Source: an uncultured Gemmatimonadales bacterium (GTDB lineage Bacteria; Gemmatimonadota; Gemmatimonadetes; Gemmatimonadales; Gemmatimonadaceae). From it: a stretch of 64,000 nt of DNA. The notes below the pieces were generated by a model, which was not told where the DNA came from, searched no databases, and saw only the letters and a program-made list of their open reading frames with translations. Of this stretch, positions 37,392 through 47,345 are shown piece by piece. Each line of letters opens with the position of its first letter. Position 1 is the first letter of the stretch. Position numbers and translations under genes: made by a program. Location of the stretch: positions 672,001 through 736,000 of the forward strand of contig OY969695.1 in the NCBI GenBank assembly GCA_963701965.1, in the 5' to 3' direction.

Positions 37392-40300
37392 CTAGGCGCG
37401 TAGAACGAGACCGCCACTCGATTCACCCAGCAATGCACCAGTAAGCAGGCGGTCAATCGCAGCGCCAATGGCAGCATTGAGTCGGGATCCGGTGCGATCA
37501 AAACCCAGAACCGCTCGCACCTCAGCGACGACATTGCTTCTCTCGAACGCGTGACCGTTGGCGAGCACCAAGCGAATAGCTGCCTCGTACTCCTCGGGAG
37601 CAATGTGATGAGCCGGAATGTGCGTGTCCGCGCGTGATCTCACGGGGCAATCGCCCTCCGGTGTCCAGATGTATTCACCGCGGCGACTCACCATTCCTGC
37701 TTGTTCGAGTTGCACGATTACTCGCGACACGCTTGCAGCGATGCGCCGGCCGGCGCGCGTGCCCCATACTCCTACTGTACGAGATATGAGCTCATTCCCG
37801 TGGATCGGAGACTCTACGTCGACGATGTTCATGATGACTCCCATCAGCGTCGTCAGCGGAGCAGCCAGAATATCCTGACCCGCGAACGTCCCTTGGCCAC
37901 CCGCGACAACGTACCGCGTTACAATAGGTCGCTTGTACGCTCCGTTGTTCATCTTCGCGGGAACAGTGGAGTCCGTGCTCGCCGATGGTTGACCCCCATT
38001 CGATCTTGGTTCGGGCGGAAGCGTGATCCTTATGGCCGGCGAGTGTGATAGCGCAGGTTCCAACCGCTCTCGGCAACGATCAATGAGGCCAACTAGGCGT
38101 TCAATCTGACCCTTTCGGTCCTTGAAGAAATCCGTGCTCCACACCCTTATGATGGTCCAGCCGCGCCCTTCGAGAATCTGCTGACGCAAACGATCTCGAT
38201 CGCGAGCACACTCGGAGCTGTGGTACGCGAGGCCGTCGCATTCGATCCCGCACAGGAACCGTCCGGGGTAGCGCTCATCCAAGACGCCAAGGTCGATCCG
38301 GTACCCTGCGACACCGACCTGGGGAACGACGTGGTAGCCTCGCCTCGTGAGTTCGCTCAACACGTCTTGCTCGAAAGGCGACTCCGTATCCGCCGAGAGA
38401 CTTGCCGCAGCACTCCCTAAATGACCCCTCTCGGCATACAGCAAGAATTCACGCAGCAGTCGCGCGCCATTCGAGGTCGTTGAGCTCGCGCTGATCTCAT
38501 CACCGCGCATGGACGAGAAGACACGCATTCGCCGGCGCGCCCGACTCACGAGGACGTTGAGTCGCCGCCATCCGTTCTCACCATTCAATGGCCCGAAATT
38601 CTGCCGCAGCTTGCCGTCGGAAGCTTTCGCGTAGGTGACGCTGAGGAAGATGACGTCGCGCTCGTCACCCTGAATGTTCTCCAGATTCTTCACGAAGAAC
38701 CTCTCGGTTCGCGGAGCAAAGAACGGCTCAAGAGAGGGATCCCGGCGGCGACGTTGTTCGAGCTCGTCTTGGATTGCCAGCTGCTGTCGCATGTTAAAGG
38801 TGCCAACGCCAAGAGATAACTCCGGCTCCCCCGCGGTCCTGCGTGCCTCCTGTTCCTTGGCGAATTCCACCACTGCGTCCACGACGCGTTTGGCCTCCGC
38901 AGCGTTAAGTCCCTTCCCCTCGTACACCCCCTCGGGAATGAACTCGAACTGCAAACCTATCGTCTCGGTGCCCCTCTCAACGCTTGGAAATGTGTAGAGG
39001 TCGGAGTTGTAGAAACTCACGTTTGAGAAGTGGATCAGCGACTCATGAGCGCTCCGGTAGTGCCAGCGCAGTCGGGTAGACGACACACCAATGCCCAGAA
39101 AGTCTTCGAGAACACTCTCCGAGTCCTCGTACAGTGGGGTTCCGTCGTCTCCTAGCTCCTGTGAGTCCTGGCCTCCTAAGAGATGAAAGAAATTGGTGGG
39201 AGGTAGCTGCTTAGGATCACCGACGACAACAAGCTGCGCGCCACGCAGAATCGCTCCCGCCGCGTCTTCCGCCGGCAATTGCGACGCCTCATTGAATATG
39301 ACAAGGTCGAACAACGAAGATTCGTCACCCAAGAACTGCGCCACTGACAAGGGACTCATCAACAGACAAGGCTTAATCGCCCGAATTGCCCGTCCCGCTT
39401 CCTGCATGGTTCGTCTCAATGAGGCGATATTGCGTTGCTTCGCCATCTGCCGGTGAAGAAACTGCATCGCGCGACTGGCCGCGGGCTGCCGGATGTGCTC
39501 TTGAACGCGTTGCCGAAGATCCAGGACGACAGTGCTGCGGTTCTCCATGAGGATGCGCCTATCCAGAATCCGGAATTCCTCGGCACGCTGCTCATGCGAT
39601 ATCGTGTGAAATTGCGCCAGTGGCTGCCGCCGCCCGACGACCCCTGTCAACCACTGCGTATAGAAGGCGCGCAGGAACGCATCGGGCAGATCACCGAAGG
39701 ACACCTCGCCCCTTAGTGCGATCTGCACGAACCCAGCCGCCTCACTATTCTCCGCGATAGCACGGGCCGACTCGAAAGCCGCCCAGCGTGGACCTTCACC
39801 CAGGCGCTCGAGGACCGCGTGGATCCTTGTCGAGATTTCGTCGAATGACCTGTCCGCGAGGTACGCGCCTGGCCAACCAACACAATGGGCGAATCGGCCC
39901 AACACGGCCTCTACTCTTCGGCCCGCTTCCTGAAGCTGATGCAAGCCAAATACGTCGGGGCTGGGAGAGCCTACTACGGCAATAGCTCTCTCGGTCAATC
40001 CGCAGTCACGATATACTCTGCGGAAGTCTGCGACCCAGTTGACGTAGGCGTCCAAATCGTCCCACGACGACAGCTCGCCGCGCCACAATGCTCCAAAGAG
40101 CGCGTGGCCGATCTGTCCAGCTGCCCCTAGGGAACGACGCTCTGCGGACAGTCGGTCGACGTAGCGGAGTTCCGCCGCAAGCTGTGCGAGGGATGCCTGG
40201 GACGGTGCACGGCGATAGCGGAGCCAGCGCTTCTTGATTGCGCGGAAGCGGCGATCGAATATCGCCCCGATTGCGGCGAAACCGTGCAGACGGGCTTCGA

Positions 40301-42236
40301 CATAGGTGATATCGTTTGCATGCGGCCTGGCAACGACATCGTCACTAAACTTCGTACCAATTCGGGACCGTAGATCGACCACCCCTCTGCCGCGAGTTAT
40401 CAGCGCGACGGCTGATTGCGGTGGAGAATTCCACGCCTCGCTGCCGAGCACGGCGGCCGATACACCTGGCGAGCGCGAAAGAAGACCTGCGACGGTGCCG
40501 ATGGCTCCCATCGCACCGAACGACCGCACACTTGGTAGACCAAATGATGCCTCGACCGAGTCGGAGCACGCCTGTAGCTCGGTCAGGCCAGCAATCAACT
40601 CCTGACCGTCATCACGGATCGCATCAAGATCGTCCTCGGAGTAGAACGCTTTCGACGCGTCACGCCAGGGGTGCTCTGATGCTTTGCCGATCCCAATAGC
40701 ACTAGCGGCCAGATCGCGCAGCGTTCGCGAGATCCGTTCAAGATCGGAGCGGTCAAGAGTCTCCACAGGACCATCATATCTGAGCCGAGCAGCACTGCCT
40801 ACACCCGCAAGCGCCCCGTATGCCGCGTATGGCGACATACGCAGTTGGCCGTGGGGCTCATGGAGCGCGCGTACATAGTCATTCAACGCGGACCGCACCG
40901 CGGGAATACGCTCCGCCGCCTTACGCTCGAAGGTGCCGACTCCCAGCGACGAATCGAGGCTGCGCCCCAGTTCAGCGATAACCGAGCGCTTATTAGCCTT
41001 TGTGGAATGCAACTCGAGGCAGAAATCTCCGAGGCCAGCCGCCGTGAGTCGGTCATGCACGACCTTGAGAGCCGCCATTTTCTCTGCCACGAAGAGGACG
41101 GACTTCCCCACGGCTAGAGCCTGCGCGATCAGATTCGTGATCGTTTGCGACTTTCCCGTTCCTGGCGGCCCCTCCAGCACAAGATCATGTCCGCGCGCCG
41201 CAGCAGCGATCGCTCGCAACTGACTCGAGTCCGCGTCGACAATCTGATGCGTCACCTCTGGCACGTAGTCGCGATCTAGATCCAACTCTCTAACATCGGA
41301 TGGCAGTCCACCTGCGGCGTCTTCAAGTACAGTCTCTCGCGCTAGCAGTCGAATGAGACGATGTTCAGCAAGTGCATCGGCCTTGCTCTCGAGATCCTTG
41401 TACATCACGAATTTCTGGAACGAGAAGTGGCCGAGATATACGTCTGCCTTGACGGACCAGCGCTTCTTGACGCCAAGCGTCCTCGCCGCTTCGGTGAACC
41501 ACGTGTTGAGGTCATATCCGTCCGGCATCGTCTCCGAGTCCGGCAGCTCGGGCAGAGCGAGACCGAATTGGTACCTCAAGTGCTCAACAAGCGCGACGTT
41601 GACCAATGGGTCATCGTCGGTGGTCGACAACGTATATCCTGTTCTCGCCGACCCCCGCTCCAGCGCCACCGGGAGCAAGATCAAAGGAGCACGCAGAACC
41701 CGGTCCGAGTCATCGGCCTCGAGGTAGTGCAACATCCCGAGTGAAACGAACAACGTGTTGACGCCTTGCTCGTCGATCGTGAGACGTGCCTGCTCATCAA
41801 TTCGTCTGAGGCTCTTGTTGAGCGTCTCTCGCGGTAGGGCGGTCTGCAACCAGTTGTCCGGCTGTTCGCCATCGACTTCAGAGACATCGAACGGACTGAA
41901 TTCTCGCCCAAGGCTCGGATCACCGTCTTCAACGGTGTCAAACCCGCCTAGGTCCGCTCCATCCCAGAGGGAAGCGACAGCGTCGGCCTTGCCGTTCCCA
42001 GCCGCATCCCTTTCGGATTCGTTGTCCTCCTCATCCACAGTCGGCTTGAACTTCATCGAACGATCGCCGATGTAGAGAACGCGGAACATCTCCGCGGGTT
42101 GCCGATCGACGATCGCAATGGTCGAAACCTTCGTCGGCTTAAAATTGAGCGCGCGATTGCGCTTGCTGAGGTCGAGGAGCTTGCGCTTCCAAGCATCGAG
42201 CGTCGCCGCGAGCTTGGGATGCGTCTGCCCATTCAA
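37392..42236 (-). CDS. DUF4011-SF1 helicase-Vsr/MTES_1575-like nuclease-DUF3320 protein (Hhe-type anti-phage candidate)
   Basis: WKRKLLDLSKRNRALNF, APLILLPV.L, DADSSQ, GPPGTGKSQTI, PCLLMSPLSV, VGDPKQLPP, WHYRS, VKNLENIQGDERD, RRLNV, ESPFE, YRIDL, IECDG, RDRDRLRQ..L...GW..RVWS; Walker B reads NEASQ; TTG 42236 chosen, ORF extends to 42314. Confidence 0.9.
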   Translation of the reverse strand: MNGQTHPKLAATLDAWKRKLLDLSKRNRALNFKPTKVSTIAIVDRQPAEMFRVLYIGDRSMKFKPTVDEEDNESERDAAGNGKADAVASLWDGADLGGFDTVEDGDPSLGREFSPFDVSEVDGEQPDNWLQTALPRETLNKSLRRIDEQARLTIDEQGVNTLFVSLGMLHYLEADDSDRVLRAPLILLPVALERGSARTGYTLSTTDDDPLVNVALVEHLRYQFGLALPELPDSETMPDGYDLNTWFTEAARTLGVKKRWSVKADVYLGHFSFQKFVMYKDLESKADALAEHRLIRLLARETVLEDAAGGLPSDVRELDLDRDYVPEVTHQIVDADSSQLRAIAAAARGHDLVLEGPPGTGKSQTITNLIAQALAVGKSVLFVAEKMAALKVVHDRLTAAGLGDFCLELHSTKANKRSVIAELGRSLDSSLGVGTFERKAAERIPAVRSALNDYVRALHEPHGQLRMSPYAAYGALAGVGSAARLRYDGPVETLDRSDLERISRTLRDLAASAIGIGKASEHPWRDASKAFYSEDDLDAIRDDGQELIAGLTELQACSDSVEASFGLPSVRSFGAMGAIGTVAGLLSRSPGVSAAVLGSEAWNSPPQSAVALITRGRGVVDLRSRIGTKFSDDVVARPHANDITYVEARLHGFAAIGAIFDRRFRAIKKRWLRYRRAPSQASLAQLAAELRYVDRLSAERRSLGAAGQIGHALFGALWRGELSSWDDLDAYVNWVADFRRVYRDCGLTERAIAVVGSPSPDVFGLHQLQEAGRRVEAVLGRFAHCVGWPGAYLADRSFDEISTRIHAVLERLGEGPRWAAFESARAIAENSEAAGFVQIALRGEVSFGDLPDAFLRAFYTQWLTGVVGRRQPLAQFHTISHEQRAEEFRILDRRILMENRSTVVLDLRQRVQEHIRQPAASRAMQFLHRQMAKQRNIASLRRTMQEAGRAIRAIKPCLLMSPLSVAQFLGDESSLFDLVIFNEASQLPAEDAAGAILRGAQLVVVGDPKQLPPTNFFHLLGGQDSQELGDDGTPLYEDSESVLEDFLGIGVSSTRLRWHYRSAHESLIHFSNVSFYNSDLYTFPSVERGTETIGLQFEFIPEGVYEGKGLNAAEAKRVVDAVVEFAKEQEARRTAGEPELSLGVGTFNMRQQLAIQDELEQRRRRDPSLEPFFAPRTERFFVKNLENIQGDERDVIFLSVTYAKASDGKLRQNFGPLNGENGWRRLNVLVSRARRRMRVFSSMRGDEISASSTTSNGARLLREFLLYAERGHLGSAAASLSADTESPFEQDVLSELTRRGYHVVPQVGVAGYRIDLGVLDERYPGRFLCGIECDGLAYHSSECARDRDRLRQQILEGRGWTIIRVWSTDFFKDRKGQIERLVGLIDRCRERLEPALSHSPAIRITLPPEPRSNGGQPSASTDSTVPAKMNNGAYKRPIVTRYVVAGGQGTFAGQDILAAPLTTLMGVIMNIVDVESPIHGNELISRTVGVWGTRAGRRIAASVSRVIVQLEQAGMVSRRGEYIWTPEGDCPVRSRADTHIPAHHIAPEEYEAAIRLVLANGHAFERSNVVAEVRAVLGFDRTGSRLNAAIGAAIDRLLTGALLGESSGGLVLRA

Positions 42237-42598
42237 CAGAACGACGCCCTTCCATAGTCGGCACGGTGTTGAACGTGACCCAGATGACCGCGAAGCGCCG
42301 ACATGTTGTGGCATCGTATGTCGCGCTCACATCGCGCCGCCATACATCCGAATAGCGGCCTCTGCAGGCATCACGTTACGCCCAATCGAGCTAGGGCGCA
42401 AGATGTTTACTGCGAACGAGACGTGGGAACACTCGTGGTTCGACGGATCGGCCTTGGGAAGGAAAGTCGTGGCTTAACTGACCGCTCTCCGGTGATCGCC
42501 CGCGCAACTGATCTTGTACCATCCCCCTGAATCGAGATTGGTTACCAAGAATCAACCCTAGGAATAAGGTCGCGCAGATTGCGAGGGTTGGCGCGCTT

Positions 42599-42700
42599 GC
42601 ACTAACAGGAGCTGGACTCGAACCCCCGATCTCGGCGCCCCCCATTCCCCTGACGCAAGCGCTCCGGAACCGGAGACTCGTGGCTTCGCGTCGCCCTGTT
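42599..42700 (+). other. Second attC-like remnant (R'' box) at the right edge of the lower-GC block
   Basis: GCACTAAC (42599-42606) is the exact reverse complement of GTTAGTGC (37383-37390); AACAGG...CCTGTT pairing ends at 42700; internal boxes not recognisable. Confidence 0.35.
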
Positions 42701-42716
42701 CCCTACATTTGGCAGC

Positions 42717-44951
42717 GTGCTCAATAGGAAAGCTCTCCGCGGTGGCCTAGCAGCACTGGTCACCGGTCTCACTCTGGCTGCGAGCGTCAGCGCTCGATCT
42801 AACGCCCAAGCCGGACTGGCACCGGTCGCCGCAGCCCGACTCGTCGTCTCGCCAATCGCCCTCCGCCTCGACGTCGGCGGCACCGGATCGGTCCACGCCA
42901 CGGCCTACGACCCAAAAGGCGCCACGCTGGCCGCCGACTCGTACCAGACGACGTTCACCCTCGCGGATACGACGTTTGCGTCGGTCGACGCGCATGGGCT
43001 CGTGACCGGTCTCAAGGCCGGCTCGACCCGTCTGACTGTCCAGGTCCACGATCTCCTCCGCGACGTCATTGTGCGGGTGACGGCCGCCAAGCGCCGCATC
43101 GTTGTCCTCGAAATCGCCCCGAACCCGATCCTGCTCCTCCCGACCGAACGGGTGCACCCCACAGTCACGGCGCAGTACGACGATAGCTCGCACGAGGTCC
43201 TGTCGGCCGCCAGCTGGTCGGTCTTTGGGAAGGAGGCGATGTTCGACTCGGTCAGCGGCGACGTCGTCGGACTTGCCGCCGGGAAAGCCGTCCTGGGCGT
43301 GCGGTCGGCAGACGGGGTCTCCGCTTCCGTGCCCGTCGACGTCGCGCCGGCAGCGATCGAGAGCGTCCGCGACTCCGCGCTCATTGAGGAGGGGGCCGAT
43401 GATACGGTGCGGATGGTCGTGCCCGCGCAAAAACGGCGTGCGCTCGCCGGTGGCCTGCGGTGGCACGCGACCGGCGACATCGTGCATGTCGCCGACTCGA
43501 CGATCGGGATCGTCCACGCCGCCACGGCTGGCACATCCGAGATCGTCGTCGACGGCTTCGGACTCTCGAAGCACATCCCCGTACGCGTCTACCCGCGCGT
43601 CACGCTGGTCCGCTTTCGGCCCGACCCGTCGACTCCGGTGCGCCTCGCCGTGGGCGCCGCCATGATCATACGGGCGGAGCCGCTGGCGGCCGATTCGTCG
43701 CCGATCGCGGCGGCGCCTCCGCGCTGGAGCATCAGCGATACGACCGTGGCGACGTTCGACGCGCGCTCGGGCCGGCTGTTGGCGCATCGCCTGGGTCACG
43801 CGACTCTCGAATGCCGCTATCCGAACTTCGCGGCCACGAGCTGGCCGATCGACATCGTCGATGGAACGTTTGGCATTGATGGCAGCACCCCGCGGGTGGC
43901 GACCATGGGTATCGGGGCGCGCGTGTCGGCATCGTACCGCGATGCCCAGCATGGCCCGCTGGGAGCGCCAGCGACCGTGCATTGGGCATCGACCAACGAT
44001 GCCGTGGTCACGGTCGATTCCGCGGGTACCCTGACCGCGCATCGGGTAGGACGCGCGGTGATCACCGCCGCCGGGCCGGCCGGCGCGCGCGATTCGGTGT
44101 TGGTGTACGCGACGGGCCGATTGCTCGCCACCCGATGGGTGAGCGCGCACCAGAGCCAGCTCGTCACGCTGTCGCTCGAGCATCCGAAGCCCGTGGCACT
44201 CGCCGATACGAACCAGATCACCCGCGACGGCGCGTGGTCGCCCGATCGGACGCGGATCGCCTACGTCTCGGACGCGGGCAGCCGAGGGGATAAATGGACG
44301 GTGTACGTCGCGGATGCGGACGGCGGACACGCGCACGCGATCACGGCATCGGGCGACGGATTCGAGCACCCGACATGGTCGCCGGATGGCACGACGATCG
44401 CCGTCGCGCAGGGACGCAGCGGGCACCGGATGCGGCTCGTCACGTTGAGCCCGGACTCCACGACGCAGACGCCGAAACCGCTGGGTCGCGACCGGCTGTC
44501 GCTCCGCTGGCCGGCGTACGACTCCGCGGGCGCCTCCGTCATCGCGCTGGGAGAACGGGGCGACGAGCGCCACATTTATCGGGTGCACGCCAATGACGAG
44601 ACCGCGATCACGACCGGCCAGGGCGCCGAGTCGCATCCGATCGTGCTCAAAGACGGGTCGTTGGTGTATTTGGTGGACTCCGGTGGTACGGGTGTGGCCA
44701 TACAGGTGCTGCGCACATCGGGAGGCGACGAGCGGTCGGTCATCCTCGGCGCGCACGCGCTACCGGGACTCACCGACCTGGCCGTCTCGCCGGATGGTCA
44801 GATACTCGTGGTCGTGGTGTCCAAGACCGAGACGGCCAAAGGCCGCTCCCGGAAGCGCTCCCTACTCTATATAGTCGCGAAGCCCGGCGCCGCCCCTGTC
44901 CCACTCTTACCCGACGACGAGACGGACGACTTCAGCGATCCGGCGTTGTAA
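42717..44951 (+). CDS. Secreted Ig-like (Big_2) repeat protein with TolB/PD40 beta-propeller
   Basis: Repeats W.S.D..VATV/VD..G..TA...G.A.IT; WSPDRTRIAY, WSPDGTTIA, VSPDGQ. Confidence 0.85.
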   Translation: MLNRKALRGGLAALVTGLTLAASVSARSNAQAGLAPVAAARLVVSPIALRLDVGGTGSVHATAYDPKGATLAADSYQTTFTLADTTFASVDAHGLVTGLKAGSTRLTVQVHDLLRDVIVRVTAAKRRIVVLEIAPNPILLLPTERVHPTVTAQYDDSSHEVLSAASWSVFGKEAMFDSVSGDVVGLAAGKAVLGVRSADGVSASVPVDVAPAAIESVRDSALIEEGADDTVRMVVPAQKRRALAGGLRWHATGDIVHVADSTIGIVHAATAGTSEIVVDGFGLSKHIPVRVYPRVTLVRFRPDPSTPVRLAVGAAMIIRAEPLAADSSPIAAAPPRWSISDTTVATFDARSGRLLAHRLGHATLECRYPNFAATSWPIDIVDGTFGIDGSTPRVATMGIGARVSASYRDAQHGPLGAPATVHWASTNDAVVTVDSAGTLTAHRVGRAVITAAGPAGARDSVLVYATGRLLATRWVSAHQSQLVTLSLEHPKPVALADTNQITRDGAWSPDRTRIAYVSDAGSRGDKWTVYVADADGGHAHAITASGDGFEHPTWSPDGTTIAVAQGRSGHRMRLVTLSPDSTTQTPKPLGRDRLSLRWPAYDSAGASVIALGERGDERHIYRVHANDETAITTGQGAESHPIVLKDGSLVYLVDSGGTGVAIQVLRTSGGDERSVILGAHALPGLTDLAVSPDGQILVVVVSKTETAKGRSRKRSLLYIVAKPGAAPVPLLPDDETDDFSDPAL

Positions 44952-47124
44952 CCGTCGGGTCGGCGACGTGCACGGCGACGTCCGACCCTTGGAAGACCAC
45001 GCTGAGGGCGACGGCGTCGCGGCCGGCGATGAGCGCGGCGGGCGGCGGTCCGAAGGTCGCAATGTTCTGGACTGCCGCGCCGAGGGCGTCGTCGTACGCC
45101 GCCACGTTCGAGAGCTCGACCGGCGTCACGTGGCGGACGCGCCCGTCCGCGCCAATGAGGAGCGCGAAGGTCGCGTGCTCTGATCCTTGCGGCTTGGCGT
45201 CTTGGAGCGCCGAGCGCGACGCGGTTCGCACGACCGACTCGACGCTCGCCAGGTACCCCGGGACATCGGTCGCGGCGCGGGTCGTCGTGGGTCGCGTGGT
45301 CGGCGTCTTGGGCGGTGTCGCCGGCGGCGGTGCCGCGGACGGTGCAGGCGGCGCGACCGCGGACGGTGTCGCGGGCGCCGGTGCGCGCGTCGCCGCGGCT
45401 AACGGCGCCGCGGTGACCTCGTGGCCCGCCCCGAGGCGCGCGCGTTGCATCACGAACATCCACGCGCCGCCGATCGCCGCCGCCGCGACCACGCCCGCGC
45501 CGATCCGGAGCGCGACGCGGTGCCGCCATATGCGTTGCTTCCGCTCGAGCGCACCCAGCAGGTGGTCGAGGGCCTGCCACATCTCCTGCGCAGTGTGATA
45601 GCGGTCCTCGGGCTCCGCACTTAGCGCGCGCTTGATGATCGCGTCCAGTGCGCGCGGCACGCCCTCCCGTGCCCGGCGCTCGCGGCGCTTGGGCTTCGTG
45701 GTGGTCGCGGACGCGAACGCGCGCCGTCCCGTAATGGCCTCGTACAGGACGCAGCCGAGTGAGTACACATTGCTCCGCGCATTGACGGGATCACCCGCCA
45801 GCTGCTCGGGGCTCATGTACTGTGGCGTACCGATCACGAAGCCCGTGCGGGTCACTCGCGAGTTGCTGCCCGCTTCCTCGGCGGCTTTGGAGATGCCGAA
45901 GTCGACCACCTTCACGAAATCGTCGCCTGCGGCCGTGCGCGTCAACATGATGTTGTCAGGCTTGAGGTCGCGGTGCACGATCCCGAGATCGTGCGCGGCC
46001 TGCAGCGCGGCGGCCGTATCCCGCGCAATCCGCACGGCACGCGGGATGTCGAGCCAGACTTCGCGGGCAATCACGGCACCCAGCGTCTCACCGTCGATGT
46101 ACTCGAGGACGATGTAGACGAGACCGTCCGACGTCTCCTCGAAATCGTACACGACAGCGACGTTGGGATGCGCGATCCGGCTCGCGTTGCGTGCCTCGGC
46201 GTCGAACCGCCTGATCGACTCGGGGTGTCCGACGAGGCTGGGCGACAGCACTTTGAGCGCGCTCCGCCGCTTGATCCGCACATGCTCGGCGAGATACACG
46301 CGGCCCATGCCGCCCTCACCGAGCAGGCGCTGGACGCGGAACTTCCCGCCCACGATCCGGCCGGTGAGATCGACCGACGCAGCCGACGGATCGACTGCGC
46401 GCACTTCCGCCGAGGGACGCGGCTTCGGCGCCGGCTTGTCCGCAGCGCTCGTGACCAGGGCGCGGTCATTCGGCTGGAGGGGGCCGATTTCGCCACTATG
46501 CGGCGATGACCGGCGGTGGGTCGCCGTGACGCTGGGTCGCCGCAGCCGGCCGACGGGCACGGCTCGCATCGCGCCGTCACGTCCCTCGATCCGTTCGAAC
46601 GCGAGCACGACGATCTCGCCCGTGGAATCTTCCCGGACGAAGGCCACGATGCTGCCGGCGGCGGTCGACAGTTCGCCCACGGGCGTGCAATCGGGCCCGA
46701 GCACCGCGGCCACCGCCGGTCGCGCGTTGGCCCGCGACCATGCGCCGCGGGGAACGTCCGTCAGCGCCGTACTGCGCCGACAATGAGGGCAGACCGCGCT
46801 CCACGTCGGGAGTCGGTGCGCGCACTGGCGGCACAGTAGGTCGCGCGCGGGGACGCTCTCGTCGAGCGTGTCGTGGTAGGTGACCTCGTACGAATCGAGC
46901 GCCGTCGTCCGAGTGCTATCGATGACACGGTCCACGACGACAAGCCGGAGCGCCTGTTCTGCGCCGCGCCGGACCGCGACGTACACGATCCGCTGCCCAT
47001 CGTCCGAAACGCCGAGTTCGCCACACAGGTCGTGGTCGGCGGCCACCAGATCTTGCACGGCCGTCCAGAGCGCGCCTTCTGTGGATGTGGCAACGATCCG
47101 CTGGGTGCCGGACGAGCCGATCAT
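44932..47124 (-). CDS. Membrane Ser/Thr protein kinase with N-terminal Zn ribbon and C-terminal TonB-C-like domain
   Basis: LGEGGMGRVY, ALK, HRDLKPDN, DFG, GTPQYMSPEQ; CRQC..CPHC; one TM; Pro/Thr linker; LLIGADGRV..S..YDDA. Confidence 0.92.
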   Translation of the reverse strand: MIGSSGTQRIVATSTEGALWTAVQDLVAADHDLCGELGVSDDGQRIVYVAVRRGAEQALRLVVVDRVIDSTRTTALDSYEVTYHDTLDESVPARDLLCRQCAHRLPTWSAVCPHCRRSTALTDVPRGAWSRANARPAVAAVLGPDCTPVGELSTAAGSIVAFVREDSTGEIVVLAFERIEGRDGAMRAVPVGRLRRPSVTATHRRSSPHSGEIGPLQPNDRALVTSAADKPAPKPRPSAEVRAVDPSAASVDLTGRIVGGKFRVQRLLGEGGMGRVYLAEHVRIKRRSALKVLSPSLVGHPESIRRFDAEARNASRIAHPNVAVVYDFEETSDGLVYIVLEYIDGETLGAVIAREVWLDIPRAVRIARDTAAALQAAHDLGIVHRDLKPDNIMLTRTAAGDDFVKVVDFGISKAAEEAGSNSRVTRTGFVIGTPQYMSPEQLAGDPVNARSNVYSLGCVLYEAITGRRAFASATTTKPKRRERRAREGVPRALDAIIKRALSAEPEDRYHTAQEMWQALDHLLGALERKQRIWRHRVALRIGAGVVAAAAIGGAWMFVMQRARLGAGHEVTAAPLAAATRAPAPATPSAVAPPAPSAAPPPATPPKTPTTRPTTTRAATDVPGYLASVESVVRTASRSALQDAKPQGSEHATFALLIGADGRVRHVTPVELSNVAAYDDALGAAVQNIATFGPPPAALIAGRDAVALSVVFQGSDVAVHVADPTVTTPDR

Positions 47125-47292
47125 GTCACCCTAATTTGCGCTCCGGGCTCGACTTGGGCCAGATCATCCGTGCAGCCACTCTTCACCGAATGTTTGTGCC
47201 GACACTTGGCCACCGAGTACGGCGAGGAGCGTCGGGTCGCCCTTCGCCGCAGCGCAACTTGGGAGTACCGCAACTCTATCGCTGTAGCCATA

Positions 47293-47321
47293 TTGACACA
47301 CGATAGTGCCCCGATTACGCT
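47293..47321 (+). promoter_or_regulatory. Sigma70 promoter of the Phd-PIN TA operon
   Basis: TTGACA-N17-TACGCT; flanked by inverted repeat CTGTAGC (47282) / GCTACAG (47331); AGGAG RBS. Confidence 0.75.
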
Positions 47322-47345
47322 TCGTTAGTTGCTACAGGAGTCCCG

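Noticed and set aside
42590..42660. Intact tRNA gene
   Set aside because: Only a T-loop-like 20-mer; no acceptor, D or anticodon arms
42747..44756. Long antisense ORFs (also 17820..19787, 29677..31485, 48513..50351, 62012..63238)
   Set aside because: They mirror well-supported genes on the other strand, have Arg/Gly-biased composition and show no motifs; expected in high-GC DNA
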